DNA from: an uncultured virus (IMG/VR IMGVR_UViG_3300027706_000278)
Lineage: Duplodnaviria; Heunggongvirae; Uroviricota; Caudoviricetes
DNA length: 64,000 nt
IMG/VR virus record: IMGVR_UViG_3300027706_000278
Strand: one strand, 5' to 3'
Shown piece after piece: positions 9,616-17,707 of the stretch. The translations under genes and the position numbers were made by a program. The notes under the pieces were generated by a model. That model was not told where the DNA came from. It did no database searches and saw only the letters and a program-made list of their open reading frames with translations. Position 1 is the first letter of the stretch. Each line of letters starts with the position of its first letter.

Positions 9616-9941
9616 GCGCCCGCCTCCGGATCGCAGTGCGCCAGCCAGTATTCCCACGCCGCACGCGCCGCTTGGCGCAGCGACATGCCGGGTGGGTCGT
9701 GCTCGTTGCCTCCATAACAGGAGCACCGGCGCTCCTGGTGGGCAAGCGATCCAATCGTCAGGCGCATGTGGCACTCGAAGTGGTATGGCTTCTCGGACGC
9801 GCCGTCCGTGTCGATGTGTGGGATGATCACGCCCTTGTCACCCGCCTCAATCGGCTCCTGGCAGAAGCCGCAGGGCGCGCCGACCGGTGTGGGGGCCAAC
9901 GGCTCCTCTGGGTCGACGAACAGCACGCCGAACCACTTCAT
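9609..9941 (-). CDS. Zn-binding hypothetical protein
   Basis: CGFC...HFEC...H...CSC. Confidence 0.7.
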   Translation of the reverse strand: MKWFGVLFVDPEEPLAPTPVGAPCGFCQEPIEAGDKGVIIPHIDTDGASEKPYHFECHMRLTIGSLAHQERRCSCYGGNEHDPPGMSLRQAARAAWEYWLAHCDPEAGAC

Positions 9942-10453
9942 CGGTCCGGCTCCGGTTGTGGCTGGTGTTCAACGGCATCGCACCACGCACCCCATATCTT
10001 CGGGAAGTCGCGCCGGATGCCTTCGAGCATGCGCGTCATGCGGGCGGTTGCGTTCGATAACTCTGCGCATGAGCCAAGCAACTCTCCGAAGACCGGATTG
10101 GCGGCTATATCCGGGTCCTTAGCGGCGGCAATCAGCAGCCCGTCGTTGATCTCCGCGAGGCGCACGTAAAGCGTGTGGAAGGCGTTCACTGGAGCCTGCT
10201 TCATGTTGGCGGGGGGCAGCCAGGCGAGCTTGAGATCCTCTCCGATCTGCGCCAGGCGCGCAACCGCAGACGCGCAGGCCCAATGGCAGAGGGCACCCTC
10301 AACGGTCTGGATACGTCCGTCCTCTGGCGAGTGCTCCTTGGGGATCAACGTGGTCTCGTCGCCGGCCTCGATCTTGCGCTGGCAGATGCCGCATGGCGCA
10401 CCAATGGCTGGATGATCCTGTGGTAGGGGAGGAAACTTGCGGAGGTCAGTCAT
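9938..10453 (-). CDS. Zn-binding hypothetical protein; N-domain paralogous to the neighbour
   Basis: GAPCGICQRKIEAGD...HWAC. Confidence 0.65.
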   Translation of the reverse strand: MTDLRKFPPLPQDHPAIGAPCGICQRKIEAGDETTLIPKEHSPEDGRIQTVEGALCHWACASAVARLAQIGEDLKLAWLPPANMKQAPVNAFHTLYVRLAEINDGLLIAAAKDPDIAANPVFGELLGSCAELSNATARMTRMLEGIRRDFPKIWGAWCDAVEHQPQPEPDR

Positions 10454-10751
10454 GGGATGGTTTGCTCTGCTCGATTTCGTAATGGCCGCCACGGGCGAGC
10501 TCGATCCATGGGCCAACGGGCTGGCCATCTACCGCTTCGCGCATCAGGAGCATTTCGATTTGGGAGTATTGTGTATGCAGGAGGAATCCGTCCGCGATCC
10601 GGCACCACGACGGCTTGTCACTTAGACGAATTGCGATGGAGAGTCCGTTGCCCGAGATGAGGTCGACCGTGGCGGTCACAGCCTCATCTGGTCTGCCGTG
10701 GGGATACACCCACACGGTGCCACCGTTCTGGATGGCTGGCGCGTCTTTCAC
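10446..10751 (-). CDS. Hypothetical protein
   Basis: First ORF of the coupled operon. Confidence 0.6.
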   Translation of the reverse strand: MKDAPAIQNGGTVWVYPHGRPDEAVTATVDLISGNGLSIAIRLSDKPSWCRIADGFLLHTQYSQIEMLLMREAVDGQPVGPWIELARGGHYEIEQSKPSHD

Positions 10752-10847
10752 AGAAGTGATTCCTGAGGCTCTGTAGCGAAAAGAAATCGATAAGAAATCG
10801 GGAATGTAACAGACGTACTGGTACTTTGTCTATTCCAAAATCCTACG

Positions 10848-11387
10848 CGGTCATAACCTTGTCATCTTGACTTACTGAATACTCCCGCCCGATTTTGCGG
10901 TTTCAATCATCCGCCGACATTGGCGCTCGCGCAGGCGAACGCCCCACCGCTGAATGATCCATTTTGCGAGCGCGCGGCCGGTCCAGTTCTTGAACGGAAG
11001 GCCCACGCTCTGCGGTCCAGCGGTGGTTGCAGCCAGGACCTCGGCACGCTGAAGAGCGGTCAGTTCCGTTGGGCGGCCGGAATGCTTTTCCAGCAATCCG
11101 TCGATTCCATGGAGATTGTAGGAACGCACCCACCGTTTGATTGTCCGGGGAGACTCGCCGAACCATCTGGAAAGCTCCGGGTACGTCATTCCCAATTTGC
11201 GGAAGCGGACCGCATGCATCTTGTGGCCGAAGCGTTGTTCAGGGGACCCCTGGATCTGCTGCTGCAACTCGTCGATAGTTGACTGGTGCATGATCCGGGC
11301 GTCGCCACAAACACATGCTGCGGTCAACTACAGACGTTAACCCCGGGTTCAAAAACGACTGGCCAAAGCGTGACAGGATTATGACCG
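10848..11387. mobile_element. IS630-family relic: HTH-only gene between inverted repeats
   Basis: IRs CGGTCATAACCTTGTCA (10848-10864) and TGACAGGATTATGACCG (11371-11387), 15/17 match. Confidence 0.6.
10872..11327 (-). CDS. IS630 transposase N-terminal HTH/winged-HTH protein, no DDE domain
   Basis: TIKRWVRSYNLHGIDGL...SGRPTEL...WTGRALAKWIIQRWGV. Confidence 0.8.
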   Translation of the reverse strand: MTAACVCGDARIMHQSTIDELQQQIQGSPEQRFGHKMHAVRFRKLGMTYPELSRWFGESPRTIKRWVRSYNLHGIDGLLEKHSGRPTELTALQRAEVLAATTAGPQSVGLPFKNWTGRALAKWIIQRWGVRLRERQCRRMIETAKSGGSIQ

Positions 11388-11425
11388 AGAAAATTTGAAA
11401 AACAGGCGGGCGACGCCGATGGGCA

Positions 11426-11640
11426 TCAAAATGGTGGCCGGAGGGCGACGCCTTGGGGCCCGCGGCCGGGAGCAGGCCGCGCGGATCTTCGGCGGTCGAA
11501 GGGCTCATGGCGCCCAGCCGCCTGGCTGTAGTCAGGATTCTTGATCTTCACCCGCGTCGGCGCGTCCGGATTGTACATGCCGTCCCGGCGCTTGGCCACT
11601 ATGCCTTCGAGGTCCTGGCGCACGCTGGTCGCGGCACGCG
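11426..11640 (-). pseudogene. C-terminal fragment of an ATP-dependent DNA ligase
   Basis: DLEGIVAKRRDGMY...KIK (motifs IV/V); N-terminal KxDG region missing. Confidence 0.7.
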
Positions 11641-11647
11641 TGCCGCA

Positions 11648-11680
11648 AACCCGTTTTGGGATTAACCCATGATCGGTTTT
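11648..11680 (+). promoter_or_regulatory. Putative tandem operator (C-box-like) upstream of the controller gene
   Basis: AACCC-GTTTT-GGGAT and AACCC-ATGAT-CGGTT imperfect palindromes. Confidence 0.45.
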
Positions 11681-11702
11681 ATGATCATCCTTTCTCACTT
11701 CG

Positions 11703-11939
11703 ATGGGGCCGTGGACCGCCGCGTATAAGAGATTTCGGGACTCGCTCGCCGAAGAGCGGAAGAAGGTGGGCCTTACTCAGCACGAGCTGGCGGCACGCCT
11801 CAAACGGCCACAATCGTTCGTGTCGAAATACGAACGTGGTGAGCGCCGACTCGACGTGGTCGAGTTTGCCGCAGTCGCGCGAGCCCTCGGAATTGATCCG
11901 ATCCGGTTCCTTCGGCGGCTGTACGACGAGGAACTGTGA
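11703..11939 (+). CDS. XRE HTH controller (C-protein-like)
   Basis: LTQHELAARLKRPQSFVSKYERGERRLDVVEF; GTGA-coupled to the REase. Confidence 0.85.
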   Translation: MGPWTAAYKRFRDSLAEERKKVGLTQHELAARLKRPQSFVSKYERGERRLDVVEFAAVARALGIDPIRFLRRLYDEEL

Positions 11940-12544
11940 AGATTGTCGCCGTCCACACGCTGCACGAATGCGGGGCTTACTCCAAGTCCGAACACTGGCG
12001 GCGCACGCGTAAGCAGATTCATGACGCGGTTCGGAAATGTGAATGGCCACCAGGCAGCGGTTCGTTCACGATCTACCCGCAGAGCGGTAAGAAGTCTGGC
12101 GAAGGAAACGGGGTCAAGCCAATCCGAGATTGTTTTATCGCTGATCTGAAAAAGCGTGGGTGGACCATCGAGGGGAGAGCTAAGAACGCTCTTGATCAGG
12201 CACTCGGGGACTTCGACGCGGTACTGGCCGGCCCCGAGAAGCCGATCGTAGTGGAGTGGGAAACGGGGAACATCTCGTCATCCCATCGCTCCATGAACAA
12301 GCTGACGATGCTGGCGGCGGATGGTGTGATATCGGCTGGCGTACTGGTCGTCCCCTCGCGGAAGCTCTATGTGTACCTGACCGATCGCATCGGCAATATT
12401 CAGGAATTGGAGCCTTATTTCCCGTTGTGGAGGTCAGTGCCCTGCCGATCTGGGGTGGTAGAAATTATCGTCATCGAGCACGATGCTGAAAGCTTCGATG
12501 TCCCGCGCATTCCCAAAGGAACGGACGGTCGCGCAAAGGGTTAG
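11936..12544 (+). CDS. BamHI-family Type II restriction endonuclease (predicted GGATCC)
   Basis: WPPGSGSFTI, NGVKPI, EWETGNISSSHRSMNKL, YLTDRIGNIQELEPYF and IPKGTDG closely follow R.BamHI motifs. Confidence 0.9.
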   Translation: MKIVAVHTLHECGAYSKSEHWRRTRKQIHDAVRKCEWPPGSGSFTIYPQSGKKSGEGNGVKPIRDCFIADLKKRGWTIEGRAKNALDQALGDFDAVLAGPEKPIVVEWETGNISSSHRSMNKLTMLAADGVISAGVLVVPSRKLYVYLTDRIGNIQELEPYFPLWRSVPCRSGVVEIIVIEHDAESFDVPRIPKGTDGRAKG

Positions 12545-13476
12545 TCCTCAACGAAATCGTCATTCCGATGGGAGTGAATTTCTCCTGTCTCCAGCCGTTC
12601 GACTATGTCGGGTGCGAAGTCGATCTCGGCTCCGATCCAGCGTCGATCCTTCTTCTCGCAAACAGCGAACGTGGTTCCACTGCCGCCAAATGGATCCAGG
12701 ACCAGTTCGCCCGGCATTGTGGTCATCTCCACCACGCGATCCAGGATCTTCGTCGAAAGTGCGTTCGCTGGCCGGTCCTTCGATTTAAATTTCCAGTGGC
12801 GCACGGGCGGGATGTCGGTCCAGACGTCCTTGAGGTTGACGCCTTTAGGGTTCATGGCGTCGCGGTGCCCACCGTAATCCTTTACCTCTTTTCCGCAGTG
12901 GCGACAGGTAAGGATCGGCGTCCGGATTTTGCGAAAGGTCTTGGCCTTACCCTTGGTGTAGTACAGGAGGCTGTAATGGCTGGGGTGCAGCCGGCCAGGG
13001 ATCGGCAAGCAGGCGCTTATCTCGATGGCGATCCAGTGGCGGAATTCCATCCCGATCTCGGTGAGATAAGCCCCCAGGAGGATATTCCATTTGGGCAGGT
13101 TGTATAGAAAGAACGCGCCGCCCGGCTTCAGCGTCCGAACGCATTCCTTTACCCACAGCTTGCACCACGCGACGTATTCTTCATCGGAACGGAGGTCATT
13201 GGAGTTCTTACCGTACTCCTTGCCCAGATTGAATGGGGGATCCGCAAACACGGTGTCGACCACTCCGTCCCGGACGTGTGGCAAGAGGGCCATGCAATCG
13301 CAATCGTACAGCGCTCCAAGCGCCGATACATAATGCGGGCGTGGCGCACGGTCGGCCACCGCCAAGGAAACGTCGAATTTCCGCTCATCCCACTTCAGGG
13401 CTGACTGACGGGCACGCATAGGACCACCCATCATAACCCAAGATGGGTTTTGGAACCAAGGTCCGGCCTCCTTCAT
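12541..13476 (-). CDS. Beta-class amino-methyltransferase, M.BamHI-like (probably m4C)
   Basis: Motif IV DPPF precedes motif I DPFGGSGT; convergent with the REase. Confidence 0.9.
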   Translation of the reverse strand: MKEAGPWFQNPSWVMMGGPMRARQSALKWDERKFDVSLAVADRAPRPHYVSALGALYDCDCMALLPHVRDGVVDTVFADPPFNLGKEYGKNSNDLRSDEEYVAWCKLWVKECVRTLKPGGAFFLYNLPKWNILLGAYLTEIGMEFRHWIAIEISACLPIPGRLHPSHYSLLYYTKGKAKTFRKIRTPILTCRHCGKEVKDYGGHRDAMNPKGVNLKDVWTDIPPVRHWKFKSKDRPANALSTKILDRVVEMTTMPGELVLDPFGGSGTTFAVCEKKDRRWIGAEIDFAPDIVERLETGEIHSHRNDDFVED

Positions 13477-13744
13477 TGTAGCCTCCCGAAGAAAGATCGG
13501 CAGAAGGAATCGATCTGATTAGGAGGGGGATCTCCCGAGGCACATCACCGCCACAGGGAAAGGCGAAGATTGATCGGCGCTCGGAGCGGGGGCCTGCCCG
13601 GTCCGGCCGAGAGCGGTGTCGCTCGGTATTGGCTCTTCGAAAGCCGAGTCCAGCCCTTCGCGCCGGTACAGGTCCGGGGAGATCTCCGGTAAAGGCCGCT
13701 CGGCCCTTGCAGAGCATCCTGCGACGGTCTAGTCCTTTGCGCCT

Positions 13745-16141
13745 TCATGAGCCTGCGCCTTCCCTTACAAATGCTCGCACCATCTTTGGCTCAAGCTCGT
13801 AGCGCTTCTCCTCAACGAATGTACGCAATCCAGTTATCGGGTCTGGACCTAAGTCAAGCCCCTTCTCACCACCGGCTTGGTACTTGGTCGACGCTACAGC
13901 GTAAACAACGGCATCGCTGATGATAGTGGCTACTCGCCTCTGGGCTATCTCGTTCTTTTCGAGAGCCTGGTCGAATGTTTCTTGCGAGTCGCCAAAGAGC
14001 TGGCGATGGAGCTGCGGATTAGAGTTCACGTGTATGTTTCTGCCGGCGACTTCGCCGAGCACCTTCCGATCCAGAGAATCGTACCATATGTTCTCGTAAT
14101 AGTCCGGACCTCGCTCTTCTCGGAAACGAACCTTGCATCTCGCGATTGCATGCTGGCCGTCTGCCCTCTTCGCCTTGGCTTCAATCTCGGCTCTGGCCCC
14201 CCATGCCGTTCCCCAGTATGGAACCACTACCTTGGCTACGTTTCCGCCAGGCATCAGCCAAGTTCTTTCAACTTTGATTTCCAGCTTTTCAGTTTTCACG
14301 GTCCCGATACTGACAGCTCCCTCTCTGTTGATTATCTGAAACTTGATGTTTGGCAAGCCCGTAAAAGCGCTCAGGTTCACAAGCAACACAAGCTGATTCT
14401 CCACGTTGGGCTTGCCATTGTAACGAGCTGGACGGAACTCAAGATCGTCGGGGGGAAGGGTCTGCTGAGGCTCAATCACGTCGGTAACTTCCAACACGGC
14501 TTCCAAGACCTCCTCAGCAGTGCTCATCGCCCTGGCGGTGATAATCGCCGTTTCACCGTGGACCGCACAACTTAGGGTTACGGGAATCGTCTGGAACCTA
14601 GATCCTTTTCGGGGGATAACTTCCTCGGTTTCTGGGACAACATGCACGCGCGGATTGCTTGAGGTGATTTCGATGACATTGAGTTCTCGGTGTACGGCAT
14701 CCCGCTCTGCATATAAAATTACGCGGCGATCCTGACCTGCGACCAGCCGGACTCTCTCAAGAGCAAAGTCGAGCAGTCTCTCCGGCTCTGGCTTCGGTGG
14801 TGGGCCAATTCCTGGCTCATCAGTCTCTTCCCTGTGAAACTTGTTCAATTCCTTGAGCGCGTCCTTGAGTCGGTGATCGAGTTCTGCTGAGCGATGCCCG
14901 CCCCCCTTCCGCTCGCGCTTTATCTCTTCTGTATAGATCGGTTTGACGTGCTTCTCGACGAGCGCGAAGAGTGCGCGCGCGATCTCGTTCTTCATATCGA
15001 AGCCATCACGTGTTTCGCTGAGAACAGCCTCCGGATGGCGCTCCTCCAGGAGCTTCTCAAGTGCCGTTCGGGCACCTGTCAGCTTCACGATTCCGTAAAT
15101 GCGCCTCAGCAGCGGTTCCTTATCGTAGTCTGGCAAGAGGGTAAGATCTAGGACCGCATCGTTGTCGTCGACAAAGAGCAGCCCGCTTTCGCGGCGCTCG
15201 TAGCTGTACGAGTCCGACGTCATCGGCTCATCTGATCTAGCTACGAGAATGGCCATCGGAATGTTACCGAGGCGCTCGTGCTGAAAGACGTCGTCGAGTC
15301 GAGCTAGAACGGTGCCCAAAGGAAAGTCGTAGGTAAGCTCGTCCTCAACCCACCCCTCGGAACGGAAACGGCGGATAAGTACGTGCATGAATGGGTCTGC
15401 GGAAATAAGCCGCAGCATGTAAAAATTGCTCATCGAAGGGAGGAAGTTGCTCTCTTGGGGTATATGTGTGCCTTCCGCAAGGAGGAAGCGCACGACGGTA
15501 CCCGATCGCGTGAGACCATCTGGGAGGCCGAATTTCTTCAGCAAGGCAGCGGTCACTGGTCCGAGAGTTTCGGTGTCGATGTGGCAGTCCTCTTCTCCGC
15601 GCTCGGTGGGTCCCCAGTAAATCCGGCACCGCGATAATGTGCCGTCCTTAACGCTGAACACTTGTGCCGTTGGTTCAGAACCGTCTCCCCGCCGCTGGTT
15701 TGAGTGATACAAAAACACATCGAGGGCCCCGCGGCCGAAGAGACTCCGCGTTTGCTGGCCCTTGGCCTTGGCCTCCGCGTAGGCGCCAAAATTAAACTCA
15801 AGTTCTTTCTCAGTCATGCCAGGGCCGTAATCTATCACCTGGCAGGTCCGACTAGGGAAGAGTCGGCCGCACTGCTTCGAATATATCTCCACAATAATCT
15901 TACCGTCGCGCCGTCTATCGAGAGATTTCTTGAGGGTCGCAGTGTCGACGCGGTCACCAGACTTGAGGCCGAGCATTGCGTCCACAAGCCCTGCGGCATG
16001 GGGCAGCCCCAAATGCTTCTTTACCGCGCTGTCCGAGTTGGTCACCAATTCGGTGACGGTCTTCAAGAAGCTACCGCCAACCGCTTTGTTTGTTTGTCGC
16101 TTCTTCTCGCGACCAGCCCACGGAATAATCTTCTTGGCCAT
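13745..16141 (-). CDS. GHKL (HSP90/MORC-like) ATPase with beta-rich C-terminal region
   Basis: ELVTNSDSA, IDYGPGMT and LFGRGALD Bergerat-fold motifs; SETRDGF motif; coiled coil and Pro-rich linker. Confidence 0.8.
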   Translation of the reverse strand: MAKKIIPWAGREKKRQTNKAVGGSFLKTVTELVTNSDSAVKKHLGLPHAAGLVDAMLGLKSGDRVDTATLKKSLDRRRDGKIIVEIYSKQCGRLFPSRTCQVIDYGPGMTEKELEFNFGAYAEAKAKGQQTRSLFGRGALDVFLYHSNQRRGDGSEPTAQVFSVKDGTLSRCRIYWGPTERGEEDCHIDTETLGPVTAALLKKFGLPDGLTRSGTVVRFLLAEGTHIPQESNFLPSMSNFYMLRLISADPFMHVLIRRFRSEGWVEDELTYDFPLGTVLARLDDVFQHERLGNIPMAILVARSDEPMTSDSYSYERRESGLLFVDDNDAVLDLTLLPDYDKEPLLRRIYGIVKLTGARTALEKLLEERHPEAVLSETRDGFDMKNEIARALFALVEKHVKPIYTEEIKRERKGGGHRSAELDHRLKDALKELNKFHREETDEPGIGPPPKPEPERLLDFALERVRLVAGQDRRVILYAERDAVHRELNVIEITSSNPRVHVVPETEEVIPRKGSRFQTIPVTLSCAVHGETAIITARAMSTAEEVLEAVLEVTDVIEPQQTLPPDDLEFRPARYNGKPNVENQLVLLVNLSAFTGLPNIKFQIINREGAVSIGTVKTEKLEIKVERTWLMPGGNVAKVVVPYWGTAWGARAEIEAKAKRADGQHAIARCKVRFREERGPDYYENIWYDSLDRKVLGEVAGRNIHVNSNPQLHRQLFGDSQETFDQALEKNEIAQRRVATIISDAVVYAVASTKYQAGGEKGLDLGPDPITGLRTFVEEKRYELEPKMVRAFVREGAGS

Positions 16142-16156
16142 TGGCTTCAGTCCTTC

Positions 16157-16873
16157 CTATCGTTGTCTTCTCGCGGTTGTTTCAGTGAACAGTCCAGGAA
16201 AGGTTTCTTCGACACTCGCAAGCAACCGCTCTGCGTCCTGATCGCCGGCCTTCTGTGCTGAGTCGCGGAGATCGCGGAGTTTTTGGCGCTTCGCTGCCGG
16301 AGGGGTATGGTCAAAAACGCCGAATGCGGAATACACGTGAATGAGGTCGCGGTCCTGCAGAGGCCCTTCACTCCAGCGGGCAAAAAGTCTGCTCGCACGC
16401 AATTCTGCGATTTCGGCCTTGAAGTCGACATCTCTTGCGATTGTTTTGCGGACTCCCCTTTGTTTGCGCGGAGCCTCTGTTGCCTCACCCAGGCCGATAT
16501 TACCGACCTGAGGTGATCCGATGCGTCGAAGCAACTCCAAGACCAGGGCGTGGCCCTGCGGCGTCAGGGCAAATCCGCCCTTGTTGGTGCCCGATACCCA
16601 ACCTCGGTACTTTGGGCGGCACTGTAGCAGTGATCGAAGCGTGCGGTTCGCATCCGGGAAGTCGGGGAAAAAGTCCATTCCGAAGCGGGATGGAAATAGC
16701 CGGTGATTCAGAACGGTTATGGCTTCTACGGTCGGTCGAAGGCCCCACTCCCGCAGCCAGTGAAGCGAGTAGACCGTGAGCGCAGCAAGCTGCTCATTCT
16801 CATAGCGTTCGATCGGAAGGGCGCGAACGTTCAGCAGCTCTCTCTCGTTTTTCAAGGTCAGCGGTCTTGCCAT
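16157..16873 (-). CDS. Winged-helix hypothetical protein
   Basis: FPSRFGMDFFPDFPD...GWVSGTNKGGFALTPQG wHTH-like wing. Confidence 0.7.
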   Translation of the reverse strand: MARPLTLKNERELLNVRALPIERYENEQLAALTVYSLHWLREWGLRPTVEAITVLNHRLFPSRFGMDFFPDFPDANRTLRSLLQCRPKYRGWVSGTNKGGFALTPQGHALVLELLRRIGSPQVGNIGLGEATEAPRKQRGVRKTIARDVDFKAEIAELRASRLFARWSEGPLQDRDLIHVYSAFGVFDHTPPAAKRQKLRDLRDSAQKAGDQDAERLLASVEETFPGLFTETTARRQR

Positions 16874-16894
16874 TTGTCCACAGCCCCCGTCCGT

Positions 16895-17380
16895 TTATTT
16901 CTTCCGCTTCTGACCCTTCCGCGTTGCTCGTCGGCGACGTGAGGGCACCTCAGGTACACCCCAGGCGCGTAATGCATAAAGGCCGCGTCCGATGCGACAG
17001 ACTTCCGCCGAGCGAGCCAAATACACGATGACGTTTGCGTCATTGCCCTTTCCCGGAATAGGAATTCCCCGTCGCGACAGTTCGGCTCGTAGCTCCGAGA
17101 TGTGGACCGGTTCCCCGCGCTCCTGGAGGATACAGATTGCCCCCTGTTCGATTGGATGGACCGATGCCCGCGCCGTCGAATCCGCCGATGTTGAAGATGC
17201 AGGCGAGGCTTCCGAGGAGCGGGACCCATTGGTGGCGGCAGCCAATAGCGCTTTCAGGGCTGTCTGGCGACGGGTGTCGACCCCGATCTCCCCACGCAGG
17301 CGAGCAATCTCAGCCGTGTTTTCGCGAATGTGCTTCGTGACCTCCTCCAGCCAAGCTTCTACTGTTTTTTCATCTACCAT
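16895..17380 (-). CDS. Coiled-coil + HARE-HTH-like winged-helix protein
   Basis: ILQERGEPVHISEL...RIGRGLYALRAW. Confidence 0.7.
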   Translation of the reverse strand: MVDEKTVEAWLEEVTKHIRENTAEIARLRGEIGVDTRRQTALKALLAAATNGSRSSEASPASSTSADSTARASVHPIEQGAICILQERGEPVHISELRAELSRRGIPIPGKGNDANVIVYLARSAEVCRIGRGLYALRAWGVPEVPSRRRRATRKGQKRKK

Positions 17381-17390
17381 TATACATATA

Positions 17391-17419
17391 TAATTAGCAT
17401 CGTACGAGATTCTTGTCAA
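17391..17419 (-). promoter_or_regulatory. Sigma70-like promoter of the GHKL operon
   Basis: TTGACA-17 nt-TAATTA with a TGn extension, in an AT-rich patch. Confidence 0.6.
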
Positions 17420-17532
17420 GATTGTAGCATTCTATGACCGGGTCCGTTTGCCCTAGCTACGGATCGCTGGTGTGCGAGCGATCAGGGAGTTCTGCCTGGG
17501 CACCAGCGGTGGCGGATCCCGTCGCCAAAAAA

Positions 17533-17563
17533 TACCATGGCCCTGCGAATTACCACGGCCCTG
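17533..17563. repeat. Arm-type direct repeat TACCAYGGCCCTG x2
   Basis: Copies at 17533-17545 and 17551-17563. Confidence 0.5.
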
Positions 17564-17645
17564 TGCAGGAATAACGCCGCCCGTTCTGCTTCTCGAGCGC
17601 CGGCGCTTCACTTTTGATGTAAGGTATTGAAAACAGGCATATTGT

Positions 17646-17674
17646 TGGTAGCGCTTAACGGGAATCGAGCCCGC
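17646..17674 (-). other. Degenerate tRNA 3'-end-like att core next to the phage integrase
   Basis: GCGGG-CTCGATT-CCCGT T arm followed by TAAGCGCTACCA. Confidence 0.5.
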
Positions 17675-17707
17675 TAGGCGTCTGCTTGCCGGCGCCCTGC
17701 AACCATT

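Noticed and set aside
13545..13748. 67-aa ORF coupled to the ATPase stop
   Set aside because: ATGA overlap exists, but the Arg/Pro-rich composition looks non-coding; unsupported
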